Below, piece after piece: positions 41,136-53,474 of a stretch of 64,000 bases of DNA; the first letter of the stretch is position 1; each line of letters starts with the position of its first letter. Under the pieces are notes generated by a model. It made no database searches and was not told the DNA's origin. It saw nothing but the letters and a program-made list of their open reading frames with translations. Both the position numbers and the translations under genes were made by a program. Where the stretch lies: the NCBI RefSeq assembly GCF_006345805.1, contig NC_043006.1:67332001-67396000 (forward strand), given 5' to 3'. This DNA comes from Octopus sinensis. Its lineage: Eukaryota.

Positions 41136-41258
41136 AGAGTTTATGAAAAAAAGCAAAAGTCGAAGACAGGTGGTGTACAAAACAAAATGATGTTTAGTAT
41201 AACGCTCAGGTATAGAAAAAGTCTTGTACGTTTCAAGCCTACGCTCTTCTACAGTGGC
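41130..41258 (-). mobile_element. Penelope-type terminal element, family H3, with hammerhead-like core (41221-41254)
   Basis: Minus strand: CTGTAGA A GAGC GTAG GCTT GAAAC GTA CAAGAC; stem I lost. Confidence 0.6.
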
Positions 41259-41538
41259 TAACGATCTATCATGGCGATATACATACATACATACATACAT
41301 ACATACATACATACATACATACATACATACATACATACATACATAAGGAGCCCTCTATATAAGGAAGCCCTAATTTCGGGGACGTAGGCTTAAAATTTGG
41401 AAAGAAAGGGTTTGTAAGGGATTATAATACTATCCATGTATAAGAAACTTTCATATTTCTTTAATCTAATTTTTGACAAAAATTGAGTTTCATTATACAC
41501 GTTAAAATACGGTGTGTATATATGTATATATATATATA

Positions 41539-41584
<46 letters not shown>

Positions 41585-41910
41585 CCTTCGAACAGTCTAC
41601 TGACATCGCTAACATGACCTACCAACCCCAGTCAAGCATAAAAAATTTCATTAACAAGGAAATAATTGCAACATCAAGAAACTCTCTGGCATTAAAGACT
41701 GTGCAGTGATGTGCATTACCACCAATAAATGCAGTGGAACCATCAAATGATCTATTTTGATCAAAATCATCTTATCCACCTTCATTATATGTGAGCAACG
41801 CTAGGCGTTACTGTCTGAAGCTCAGATCTCAAGGGTCTGAAACCTAGGTCTCAGTGCATATTGGAGTATATAGAATGGTCTTCAGTCTGATGAAGATATC
41901 GTGTAACGAA

Positions 41911-42128
41911 ATCCTTTCTACTCGAGGCACAAAGCCTGAAATTTTGAAGGAGGGACTAGTCGATTACATCGAACCCAGTGTTTCACTAGCACTTAATTTA
42001 TCAGCCCCGAAAAGATGAAAGGGCAAAGTCGACCTCGGCGGAATTTGAACACAGAACGTAAGGAGGGATGAAATGTCGCTAAGCATTTCACCCGGCGTGA
42101 TAACGATTCTGCCAGCACTCCACCTTTA
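41911..42128 (-). mobile_element. SINE family B, full length
   Basis: Reverse complement of the family B consensus. Confidence 0.88.
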
Positions 42129-42319
42129 TGGTATAACGAAATAAGGAAATCGGATCAGCGTGTGACATCTCATCGTTTGGCCGAATGTGTCATAGTATCG
42201 GAATGCATCGGAATGCATCCTATGATGCCGAGTGCATCATAGGATCGACGGGTCAAACCTCACCTGGGGCTAGACAGCGATCTGAGGACCAACAGCCAGA
42301 CGTTTAACAAGATACACAT

Positions 42320-43661
42320 AATCACAATCATCAAAATCAGCATCATTAACACCACCACAACCACTACTTCTACTATCATTGCTACTACCACCACCACTAC
42401 TAACACCTACAACAATAACACTAACACTACTACCACCATCACTACCACCACTACCCCCACCACCACCACTACCACAACCACCACCACCAACACCACCACT
42501 AACACCACCACCGCCGTTGCCATTATGGTTATCACTTTTCACAACTATGAATCCCCTTCAGCATCATAAACTGAAGAGCATTCTACATTCTACATTCTCC
42601 CATACGCAGTGAGGTACCACCAACACCGCCACTACCAACACCAACACCACCACCTCATCACTGCTGCCACAACCACCACCACCAATAACAACAACAACGC
42701 TTCTATCACCAACACCAACTACACCTCACCACCATCACAAACTACTACCACCATTACCACGATATTGCAGTAGTAGTAGTAGTGTAGTAGTAGTAGTAGT
42801 AGTAGTAGTGATGTTGGTGGTGGTAATAGAAGTGTTGTTTGTTTGTTGTTGTTGTTGGTGGTGGTGGTTGGTCGTCGTCGTCGTCGTGATAGTGGTGGTG
42901 TTGTTGCTGTTTTCTCATCATCATCAACACGATCAACACCATCATCACTTTCATTATCATCATCGTCATCATAAAACCATCACACACACCATTACAATCA
43001 CCTTCACCATTGTCAACATCATCATCATCATTCATCATCATCATCATCACTATCATCATCACCGCCGTCACCACCGAAGCATCATTATTGTCATCATTGT
43101 CATCAGCATCATCATCGTCGTCGTCATCACTAACGTTATCATCATCATCATCATCATCATCATCATCGTCGTCGTCGTCGTCGTCTCTCGTCGTCATCAT
43201 AATCATCAACGTCATCATCATCATCATCATAATCATCGTCGTCATCATCAACATCATCATCATCCTGATCATCATCACTATCATTATCATCATCCTCATC
43301 ATTAACATCATCTTCTTCACCACCATCGTTATTATAAACAGCACCACCACCACCATCGCCAACATCTTTGTCATTATCACCATCATTATCATCCATCACC
43401 AGCATCATCATTATCATCACCATCATCATCATCATACACATTAGTTATATTAACACTATAATAACAATAATTATTACCACAAACTACTCTTTATATTATC
43501 ATTAATACTTCAATAACGAAACCTATCATTACAACTATTATCAATATTATTATTCTTATTATTGATATTAGAGTTATCAATATCATTACTATTATCATCA
43601 TAATTCTTATTATTATTACTATAACGATTATTACCATTTTGATGATAATTATTATTATCAT

Positions 43662-43730
<69 letters not shown>

Positions 43731-43962
43731 ATTATCATTGTTATTATTATTATTATCATCATCATTGTTATTATTACGATTATTATTATTTTTACAGTTA
43801 TAATTTTTATTATTATTGTCATTATTATTATTGCCATTATTGTTAATGTTTTTATTTTTATCATCATCATTATTATTATTATTATTGTCTTTATTGTTAA
43901 TGTTATTTATTATTATTATTATTTTATTATATTATTATTATTATTATCATCATTATTTTATT

Positions 43963-43994
<32 letters not shown>

Positions 43995-44017
43995 TATTAT
44001 TATTATTTTATATTATA

Positions 44018-44053
<36 letters not shown>

Positions 44054-44238
44054 TATTATTATCATTGTATTATATATTATCATCATCATTGTTATTTACG
44101 ATTATATTATTTTTACAGTTATAATTTTTATTATTATTGTCATTATTATTATTGCCATTATTGTTAATGTTATTTATTTTTTATCATCATCATTATTATT
44201 ATTATTATTGTCTTTATTGTTAATGTTATTTATTTATA

Positions 44239-44285
<47 letters not shown>

Positions 44286-44301
44286 CATCATTATTATTAT
44301 T

Positions 44302-44360
<59 letters not shown>

Positions 44361-44400
44361 CTTTATTAAAGCATTAATATTACTGCTGTTGTTGTTCTTG
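42320..44400. repeat. 2-kb compound trinucleotide array (CAC/TAC, GTA, CAT, TAT) with an internal ~320-bp duplication
   Basis: Direct reading; 43791-43915 recurs at 44112-44235. Confidence 0.92.
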
Positions 44401-44947
44401 TTGATGTTGCTACAATTTAAGTAGGGTTTTTTTTCCACTTCCTCTTATCTATTTCTTCTTTTATCATCCTATGTAAAAGGATGAGAAAACTTCATCATAT
44501 TTATATTATTTTATTTTAAATATTTATATTTCTCGTTTACTTAGTTTTTTTGTTCATATTGATTTTATATTTGAATAATTATCATATTATTACAATCATC
44601 TTCATTTTTTATTTTTTTCATTCATCTGTATTTGTACAAATTTTTTCCTCCTCCCTTTTCCCTTCTTTTACCATGCCATCAATGTTCATCAAACAAACTG
44701 AAAATAAGATTAAAAACAATAAAATAAAGAGACTGATTATAGAAACAAACAAGAAACAACCAATAAGAACGATTCCCTGTGCATCTTGGAAAGCTTTTAA
44801 TAAAAAAACGAAATGGCGGACTGCAACTGTCTACTTTGGTAAAAATGTAGCTAACGTTACGGAGTCAGACACGATATCTTGACAATGCTGGCTAGATCTA
44901 AAGTCATAGTATATATATATTATCTATCTGTCTATTGTGTATATACG

Positions 44948-45230
<283 letters not shown>

Positions 45231-45538
45231 GATAAGATTTTATTAGCCACATAGGGCCGAACACAGAGAGGACAAAATACAATGTAGAGCTTTACTTTTT
45301 GAAAATAGAAAAATGGAGTAAAATAAAATTCCGATCATAAGGGATCGTGAATAAAAAAAATGATCAAAATGGATTGTGTATCACAGAAAATATATAGATT
45401 GTAAAAAGATTAGGTTTATCCGTGAGAAGAAAGGCCTACGGAAAAGACCACAGTAACCTCGGGCATGGAGGGAGAAGACTCATGAGAGCAGAGTGCTCTC
45501 TCTCTCTCTCCCTCTCTCTATCTGTGTGTGTGTGTGTG

Positions 45539-45593
<55 letters not shown>

Positions 45594-46875
45594 ATTTACA
45601 GGATCATGCTCAAAGTGGTTTCGTCATTCGCACGTATCATCGTTGCTACATTCACCCACCTTTTTTAATTAAACTTTTATGAGACAAAACCTATTCTCAC
45701 CTTCCTTTTCAAGTGGTACTTGAAAAAGTTGATGAGCGATTGGCCAGAGAGGTAAGTTTTTGTCTCTAAACCTTTCGCTAGAGTCCGCCACACACATTCT
45801 TTCACCATGGCCACCAGTACGATGAAGACTGTCTCGCCTTCCCGGTTGAGGGAAGGTGGCGGTGCACTTGTCATGATAGACTCGGCCGATATGCGGAGTA
45901 GTCCCACACGTGACATCAATCCTTCCGCATAAGCCCACAGGTCCGAAACAGTTGGACACTGGACGAGTGCGTGCAGAACGGCTTCGCATCTCTGACCGCA
46001 TCTTGGGCAAGTCGTTCCGGTGTGTCTTGAACTGTTCCTGTAGAGCTTATCCTGAACGAGTAATGCTTCTCGATAGCACTGATAGGCCAAGGATCTCTGG
46101 TGATTGTCCATAGGACCCGGCCCGAAAGTTGTCCTGAACAGGTGGTTCAGGTGTTCCTCGTCGACGCCCAGATTCTGCTCGAGAACGTTGTCGCACCTAC
46201 CTTCCACTAATCCTCTATAGTGCGCCTTTGTGGAATTGAAGTCGCTCGAGTTTGGTCCTGAACGCAACACTTACGGTGCCATTCGCTTAGCTTCGGTTTC
46301 TGTTTGATCCACGACTGCAGTTCGGCCAAAGAGACGATCTGTGAGAAAGCGCGTCGCTCAAACGGCGACTATACCTGTTCACTGTCGTCTATGAAGCGCC
46401 GGAGATGTCACAGTCTCAGTGCGTGTCTGCGTATCATCAACCAGCAAATGGATCGCCTAGCCATCGGAACGCTTCCCTTCCACAAAAAGCGGAAGAATAT
46501 GCGTTCCAGTTTGGTGATGGTAGGGTCGGGACAAGCCACGACGGTTAGACGGTAATCGATGATGGAAGCGATGTACGTGTTCGCCACCTCGGCCCGACCT
46601 TTTAGGGATAGCTTCATCTCGGTCCATTGCTGGGTGAGAGTGGCCACCCTTGTCGTTATCTCACCCCAGTTCTTCTCCATTTGGAGGTATGGAACGAACC
46701 AGACTCCGAGCAATTTAACCCGTCCATCAGTCCAGCGTCCCACGATGGAGACGCTGTTGGATTGCATGGGCTTGCTTCTCCAGGTGCCGAGCTGCAATCC
46801 CACTGACTTCTCCCGGTTAATTTTTGATCTCGTTACCGCTTCGTATTCTATTAGTGTCTCGCCGACCAGGTTGCT
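45231..46875 (-). mobile_element. 5'-truncated Tx1/L1-clade LINE (RT end, zf-RVT, 3' UTR)
   Basis: SKINREKSVGLQLG...VKLLGVWF...LSLKGRAEVANTYIAS...FRFLWKG; TCPRCGQRCEAVLHALVQC; AATAAA then TATC tail; stops and frameshifts. Confidence 0.92.
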
Positions 46876-46878
46876 ATA

Positions 46879-47153
46879 CCTGTAAATCGGGAAAAAAGAG
46901 AGAGAGCACTCTGCTTTCATGTGTCTATTCCCTCCCCACCCGAGTTTACTGTGGCCTTTTCCATAGACCTTTCTTCCCATGGATAAACCTAATCTTTCTT
47001 TTTACATTTTAAATATTTTCTGTGATACACGATTCCTTTTGATTGGAATTTTATTTTTCTCCTTTTCTTCTATTTTCGAAAAGAAAAGATCTACATTGTA
47101 TTTTGTCCCCTCTGTGTTCGTCTCTGTGTGGTTAATAAAGAAACTTATCTATC
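46879..47153 (+). mobile_element. 3'-UTR-only copy of the same Tx1-like family in inverted (head-to-head) orientation
   Basis: Reverse complement of 45231-45602 (CCTGTAAATCGG...GGATAAACCTAATCT...AATAAAGAAACTTATCTATC). Confidence 0.9.
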
Positions 47154-47165
47154 ATTCTAAATATG

Positions 47166-47246
<81 letters not shown>

Positions 47247-47249
47247 TAG

Positions 47250-47285
<36 letters not shown>

Positions 47286-47310
47286 GGATGGATGGATGGA
47301 TGGATAGATA
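47166..47310. repeat. (GATA)n/(GATG)n array
   Basis: Direct reading. Confidence 0.95.
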
Positions 47311-47526
47311 CATACATACATACATAATTACATACATACATACATACATTAGCGGCAGGTATTCTACTTATAGAATACACTTCGTAATGGTCACGAGATT
47401 TGAACTTGAGCAGGTAGAGGAGTAAACGTAAGGACAAGCAAATTAGGCAAGTTGATATACAAAACATATTAAATACATTTAATACAAAAATAGAAATTAT
47501 ATCTGGTATTAAAGAGGTTGAATAAA

Positions 47527-47715
47527 TGTTTAACGAGTTCAACAACTTTTCTGGGGGTTTGGTGTTTCAAAATAATGATTGTAACTAGATTCCATCATCG
47601 TATAATTCCAGCCACCGTCTTCAGGGAAGAATTTTACATTTGAGGTGTTGACAGAATGGAGCTTAAAGATTTGGGACCACCAAACCCCCAGAAACAGCTG
47701 TTAGACTCGTAAAAC
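47527..47715. mobile_element. MITE-like element with ~38-bp TIRs
   Basis: GTTTAACGAGTTCAACAACTTTTCTGGGGGTTTGGTG versus CACCAAACCCCCAGAAACAGCTGTTAGACTCGTAAAAC. Confidence 0.65.
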
Positions 47716-47777
47716 CCCTTTAATTCCTGATCTCATTTCTATTCTGTGTAAGTCGGACTTACTAATGTGGAAACATA

Positions 47778-47835
47778 ACTTTGATAGGTTTCGGCTAGTA
47801 TAGGCCCAGGCCATGTCTAACTCAGTAGCATCACA
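47778..47835 (-). mobile_element. Extreme 3' end of the CR1-like family seen at 5270
   Basis: ACTTTGATAGGTTTCGGC...GGCCCAGGCCATGTCTAACT matches 5287-5330. Confidence 0.8.
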
Positions 47836-47943
47836 TATGTACATTTTTTGTATTAAATGCATTAAATATTTTTTTATGTTGACTTGCCTAACTTGCTTCT
47901 CCTTAAAGTTACTCCTCTCTCTCTCTCTCTCTCTCTATATATA

Positions 47944-47979
<36 letters not shown>

Positions 47980-48029
47980 CATACATACACACACACATAT
48001 ATATGTACGTATATGTGTATATATATGTT

Positions 48030-48086
<57 letters not shown>

Positions 48087-48193
48087 AGTATACACACACA
48101 TATATATATATACGCATATACGCATGCATATACAAATACATATTTGCGCACGTGTTGGTATTTATATACATACACACCATCCATTATTACATA

Positions 48194-48381
48194 TTCGAGG
48201 TAGTGCTAAAATATTCCTGGCGTTAAAAGAAAATACAGGAGGATCAGTTGATTATGATTTTATTCAACATATTCCCTTCTCAGATTTACGCACTTATCGC
48301 AGCAGTCCTTCAGTTTTTCTAAGCCCTGTAAAAAACCTCGGAATACCCTTAAAGTCAGGAACTTTTCAGCACCCCGTCGTA
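48194..48381. mobile_element. Mariner-derived MITE (~190 bp)
   Basis: Left TCGAGGTAGTGCTAAAATATTCCTGGCGTTAA; right TTAAAGTCAGGAACTTTTCAGCACCCCGTCG-TA. Confidence 0.7.
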
Positions 48382-48715
48382 CATGTGTCTAAAAAGAAAT
48401 CCAAACTTTAAAATAAAACAGTTTATTGATTCACTTATAATTTGTTCGGTTTGGTTCCTTCATATATACGCCAGTTTGTCCAGTTTTAAAGGTTGTCCTG
48501 GAACATGTTTTCTGGAAGAGCGCACAGAATTCGTAGTAAACTTACTTTAATATTTTCTGTCGTCTGAAATCGGTGACCTTTCACGTTGTGTTTTTACTTT
48601 GCCAACAAGAGAATAACTGTTTCAGGTGTACACATCGAAGGGCAATAAGGAACAATAATTATGCTTTCGCAAAACGGCACGGATATGATGTAGGTAGGTG
48701 TCCTGTCGTCGTGCA
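48380..48715 (-). mobile_element. Mariner transposase C-terminal remnant with 3' TIR
   Basis: Minus strand: NVKGHRFQTTENIKV...LCALPENMFQD; TIR-like TACATGTGTCTAAAAAGAAATCCAAACT. Confidence 0.7.
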
Positions 48716-49521
48716 GCGTTTGTTTATTCCAAATATTTGTATTTATTATTTATTTTTCGTTCATATTGATTTAACATTGGAATAATTATCATATTTTAAT
48801 AATTATTCTTTACTCTTTCGCTGTTCAATATTTGTATAAATTGTTTTCTCTTCGTCTCATTTCTATTCTATCGATGTTGAAATAAAATAAAAGACGCGTT
48901 TGTCCATGCCTTAGGCCTCTTCTTCACCGTTATTTCTTACAAACGACTCATGCCTTCCAAGCAAATCTCATATTTGAGCATCTGCGTACTTTGAACAAAC
49001 TCGTCGTAGATAACATACTTACTTAAACCCTTTCTCTCTATAAGAACATAGACCATCTCTGACTTTTGTCCTTTATTCTCGACTCCGGCCAGTCCCTGAG
49101 AGAAAGCCTCCCTCTCTCAGGCCTTATTGGTTATGAACTGTCATCGGTGATTCTAAAACTTGGCTTTATTTCTATATAGGAGAATTGATCCTACTTAAAC
49201 CCAGTTTTAGATTTGGATAGATGTGGTCCATAATACTCTGATCTCAACATTCTGATTTCAATCCTCTTACCGCGACCCTCTGGCTTGTTCAGCATACGAG
49301 GCCCAACCAGGAACTTACGCTTTACTGGTATGTCTCTGAGGGTCACTGGGACACACTAACCACAATATCCCAACAAGGACTGGACCCTGCGGTGGGTGAT
49401 GAAAGACGATTTTCCAATGAAAATAGGTGATCAGTAACCCATTCACATTTGAACGATTCTAACTTGTGGAATGACGACCCAAACCATTCTGTTTTTTTGT
49501 TTGCTTTGTTTTTCCGATCTC

Positions 49522-49681
49522 AGGCGTGGCTTTGTAGTGAGAAGCTGGTTTCCAAACTACGTGGTTCCGGGTTCAGTCCAACTGCATGACACCTTGGGCG
49601 TCTTCTAATATAGCCTCGGGCCGACCGAAGCTGTCTGAGTAGATTTGTCAGACGGAAACTCTCTGGTGTGTGTGTGTTGTG

Positions 49682-49712
<31 letters not shown>

Positions 49713-49815
49713 TGTGTCCCTTTGTACCTGTGTTTGTTCCTCCTACTGGCTTGACAAACGGTGTTTGTGTGTTTACGTCCCAGTAACAAAATAGAAGAAT
49801 AGAGCAAGGCTTAAA
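49522..49815 (+). mobile_element. SINE family A, decayed
   Basis: GGTTCCGGGTTCAGTCC..CACCTTGGGC..ATAGCCTCGGGCCGACC...GCTTGACAA. Confidence 0.75.
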
Positions 49816-50261
49816 CATATATATACTGTTTGTATGGTTGTTATGTTTTTTTATGTTCAGTTCTATATAAAGATATAAAAGCTTTAAACTGGAGAATTAA
49901 TCAATAGTTTTTAGTCAATATTTTAGTCGATTATATTTCTATTAGACTTTTACAAGAAGATAGGTGACTGTGACTTCGAATTTTCACCGTACATGCACAC
50001 ACACATAAATACACACACACATGCGATATTTGTACTGAAAGTAATACAAACGTGAGTACAATTTTCCTATTAACTGACTCAGATCGTTCAAATTGAATAT
50101 GCTAGATTTTTGCCGGAACAGAATTCTCTCTATTTTTCTTCGAAGGCAAATAATTGGGTCCAAACAGTAGCAACAGACCATCACCGACAACTCGCATTTT
50201 TCTTTATAGACGATAGAGGAGTATATAGGGCAGGGCCGGAACGATAGAGGAGTATATTGGG

Positions 50262-50610
50262 TAGGGCCGGATTAAGATCCGTAGAGGCCCTAAGCATTTA
50301 AAAGACTTTGGTAACCCCATATATATGTAATTCAAAATGTAAACAGTAATAAACCATAAAATAATTTCTAGTTTGAAAATGAAACAAAACCGACAATAAG
50401 ATAGAAAATATTGTTTATTTTTGTATACTTCCACTTTATATTTGAAAAGTTTTGTCCTATAATCTTTTTAAGTGCAAAGTTTTTGATAAGATCCTCAAAA
50501 TTAATCTCACATAATACATCTGCTTCTACATTTAATATAGATGAGGTATTTCGAATATTAATTTTATCAAGTTTAAAGTGATTCCTTGTCTTGTCGTAAA
50601 CCATTTACCA
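50262..50610 (-). mobile_element. hAT transposon 3' remnant (dimerization domain and TIR)
   Basis: NHFKLDKINIRNTSSILNVEADVLCEINFEDLIKNFALKK resembles the hAT C-terminal dimerization domain; TIR-like AGGGCCGGATTAAG..GGCCCTAAGC. Confidence 0.65.
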
Positions 50611-50689
50611 TTCCTGTGTCCACCCACTTTCCCTTGATGCTTGAAGCACGTGCTTATTTTGCTTAACGGTTAATTCAGCGCTGATGTAG

Positions 50690-51290
50690 GTCGTCCGACA
50701 TTCACAGGAGCAATTCGCTCAGACGGGTGAAGATGTTGAAAGAAACAGAAACCAGTATTGAAGACAAATCACGCAGTGAAAGTCCTTCAACTGCGACCAA
50801 AGATAATTACTGTCAGTGATCGACGAATTAATTCCCGTGAACAGATGAGATTGGCGCACGACTGGACTACGATCATGAAGCGTTACAGAAGCTGGTGGAA
50901 GGCTCTCGGTATCAGAAAATGGTTAAATTAGATACCCGGCAACATTCTCACCTTATTTAGAAAGAAGTTTGGACGTCTACTCTAATCTGTGGGAAAAGCT
51001 TAAAGCCGATGAAGAATCTTTTTTTTTTTTTTTATCTGTGACAGATGATGGAAAATGTGTGCACCTCTATGATCTGGAAATGACGGTTTAGTTCATGGAA
51101 TGGCGTAAGATCTCTTCTCCTAGGCCTAAGTTCGATAGTCAGAAAATCAACATGGAAAAACATGATAACTGATACTGGGGGATGCCAAGGGCATTATTCT
51201 CTTTGATTTTCTCAAACATTGTTGTACCGTGAACAGCGAGGTGGTACACTGAGAAACACAAAAAGCTGGGAGAAGTAATTATGAGGAACG
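50690..51290 (+). mobile_element. Decayed mariner transposase, N-terminal to mid region
   Basis: WVKM..ETSIEDKSRSESPST...SVTDD..VHLYDLE..FMEWRKISSPRP...DAKGIILFDFL; related to the 26664 copy. Confidence 0.8.
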
Positions 51291-51404
51291 GTCTGAACCA
51301 ATGCTTTTCAACGGAGGGCTCTGTGTAGGATTTTGTTGCTAAAGATTATGAGCTATAAATCAGTTATACTCCTATAATACATAAAATATTTTAATCATTT
51401 TCAA

Positions 51405-51800
51405 AGGAGTGGCTGTGTGGTAAGTAGCTTACTTCCCAACCACATGGTACCGGGTTCAGTTCCACTGCGTGGCACCTTGGGCAAGTGTCTTCTACTATAG
51501 CCTCGGGCTGACCAAAGCCTTGTGAGTGGATTTGGTAGACAGAAACTAAAAGAAGCCCGTCGTATATATGTATATATATATATGTGTGTGTGTGTGTTTG
51601 TGTGCCTCTGTCCCCCACCACCGCTTGACAACCGACATTGGTGTATTTACGTCCCCATAACTTAGTGGTTCGGCAAAAGTGACTGATAGAATAAGTACTA
51701 GGCTAGGCTTACAAATCTAGCTTACTAGGGGTCGATTTGTTAGACTAAATATGGTGTTCCAGCATGGCCGCAGTCAGATGGCTGAAACAAATAAAAGAAT
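51405..51800 (+). mobile_element. SINE family A, full length
   Basis: Complete head, internal (TA/TG) tract and tail CCAGCATGGCCGCAGTCAGATGGCTGAAACAAATAAAAG. Confidence 0.92.
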
Positions 51801-51944
51801 TCCGAATATTTAATTATCGAAACATGATTGGAATTTTTGAAAGGATCGAATAGTTATAACGACCCACCCGATTAAAATTGAAATCAAATGGATCCCTAGG
51901 GATAAATGGGTAAGAATCATTGGTCTGAACAATAATCTCAGAAA

Positions 51945-52105
51945 CACAGTTCTATATTTAAGAGATGAAGAATTATGTACATTGTTTACATTATTTACAT
52001 ATGACAGATATTTGTCCTCGTCTTGTTTGTTGTTAACACAACGTTTCGGCTGATATACCCTACGGCCTTCATCAGGTGTCTTAGTGAAATTTCGAACCTG
52101 GGTTC
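51945..52105 (-). mobile_element. Penelope-type terminal element, family H4
   Basis: Homologous to 17760-17925; carries the hammerhead. Confidence 0.72.
52035..52080 (-). ncRNA. Minimal type I hammerhead ribozyme motif, intact core
   Basis: GACAC CTGATGA A GGCCG TAGGGTATAT CAGCC GAAAC GTT GTGTT: 5-bp stem I, stem II with one mismatch, palindromic AACGUU stem III. Confidence 0.8.
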
Positions 52106-52287
52106 GAAAGTTTACATAATATCGAGGTCTGTCATGTCATTGTTATTATTAATATATATATATAGTCAGTCTCCCTCATTAATATATAAATAATATATAT
52201 AATCAATCCGAACAAGAACGAGCAAGAGAAAACAACGCAATGTCCAATAACTGTGTTATTGGACATGTATGTATATTTGTATATATG

Positions 52288-52339
<52 letters not shown>

Positions 52340-52725
52340 TATATGTATGTACATAAATATATGTACATACATATATACATAAATACACACATATATACAA
52401 ATATACATGTATGTCCATATGCATATGTATATACAGTCAGGCACATATAATATTTATACGAAGATATATACTATATATATTACAACTTGGATTTAAGTAA
52501 GCTTGTACGTAAGCCTTTCTAGGCCTCCGTTATAAATAGGCGATGTGTCAGCAGGTGGAAGAAGCTACATACCTGTTCTATATTTGTACAGATGCACATG
52601 ATTTGAGATTGGTATGTACATACAGGTGTATCTGAGTGCATTTCAATGTTCCAGCAGGATATCTGTTTGGGTTTTCGGGTTTAAAGCTCATTTTATTTAT
52701 TTCCCTCTCTCTCTCTCTCTTTCTT

Positions 52726-52762
<37 letters not shown>

Positions 52763-52854
52763 CACACTGTCTCTCTCCTATTTATCTACATTAGGATGAA
52801 TAATTAAGTGGTTTCATATGCTTATGTTTACGTAACTTTGTACATGTATGTATA

Positions 52855-53178
52855 CCAACAACAGGATTCCGGGTTCAGTCCCACTGTGTGGCACCTTGGG
52901 CAAGTGTCTTCTACTAGAGCCTCGGGCCGACCAAAGCCTTGTGAGTGGATTTGGTAGACGGAAACTGAAAGAAGCCTCTCGTATATATATATATATATAT
53001 ATATTAATTGTTATCGCCATATTAATATGGCATTCTTATGGATATAAGAATAATCGCTGCCATGGTCAGCTCCATGAGGCCACCGCCATCAAGATAGCTA
53101 TTGATACACGATCTGTATCCATTATAACCTTCGAACTTAGTAATTTTAATATTTCTATTATATATATATACATATATA

Positions 53179-53214
<36 letters not shown>

Positions 53215-53440
53215 TGTATGTATGTGTATATATTTGTGTGTCTGTGTTTCTTCCCCCAGCATCGTTTGACAACCGATGCTGGTGTGTTTACGTCCCCGTA
53301 AACTAGCGGTTCGGCAAAATAGACCGATAGAATAAGTACTAGGTTTACAAAGAATAAATCCTGGGGTCAATTTGCTCGACTAAAGGCGGTGCTCCAGCAT
53401 GACTACTGTCAAGTGACTGAAACAAGTAAAGAGTAAAAGA
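52855..53440 (+). mobile_element. SINE family A split by a ~160-bp insert in its internal (TA)n
   Basis: 5' half 52855-52985; unrelated sequence ~53003-53160; 3' half 53220-53440. Confidence 0.8.
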
Positions 53441-53474
53441 GTGTATAATATATAATATATAAATCCTTAAATCT

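Noticed and set aside
41887-41912. CTGATGA-A-GATA..TAAC-GAAA as a hammerhead
   Set aside because: Cut by SINE B right after GAAA; stems I and III cannot be assessed.
45422-45682. Similar peptides here and at 31731-31964 (DLQDHA...YIHPPF) suggesting a conserved gene
   Set aside because: Both are antisense readings of homologous Tx1 3' ends.
46408-46980. 190-aa ORF as an intact gene
   Set aside because: The N-terminus is the antisense reading of the inverted 3' UTR; only ~46408-46875 is RT-derived, and it is deleted and frameshifted.
49030-49470. Complex, less AT-rich unique stretch as an exon or TE
   Set aside because: Stops in the frames I read and no recognisable motif; needs a BLASTX search.
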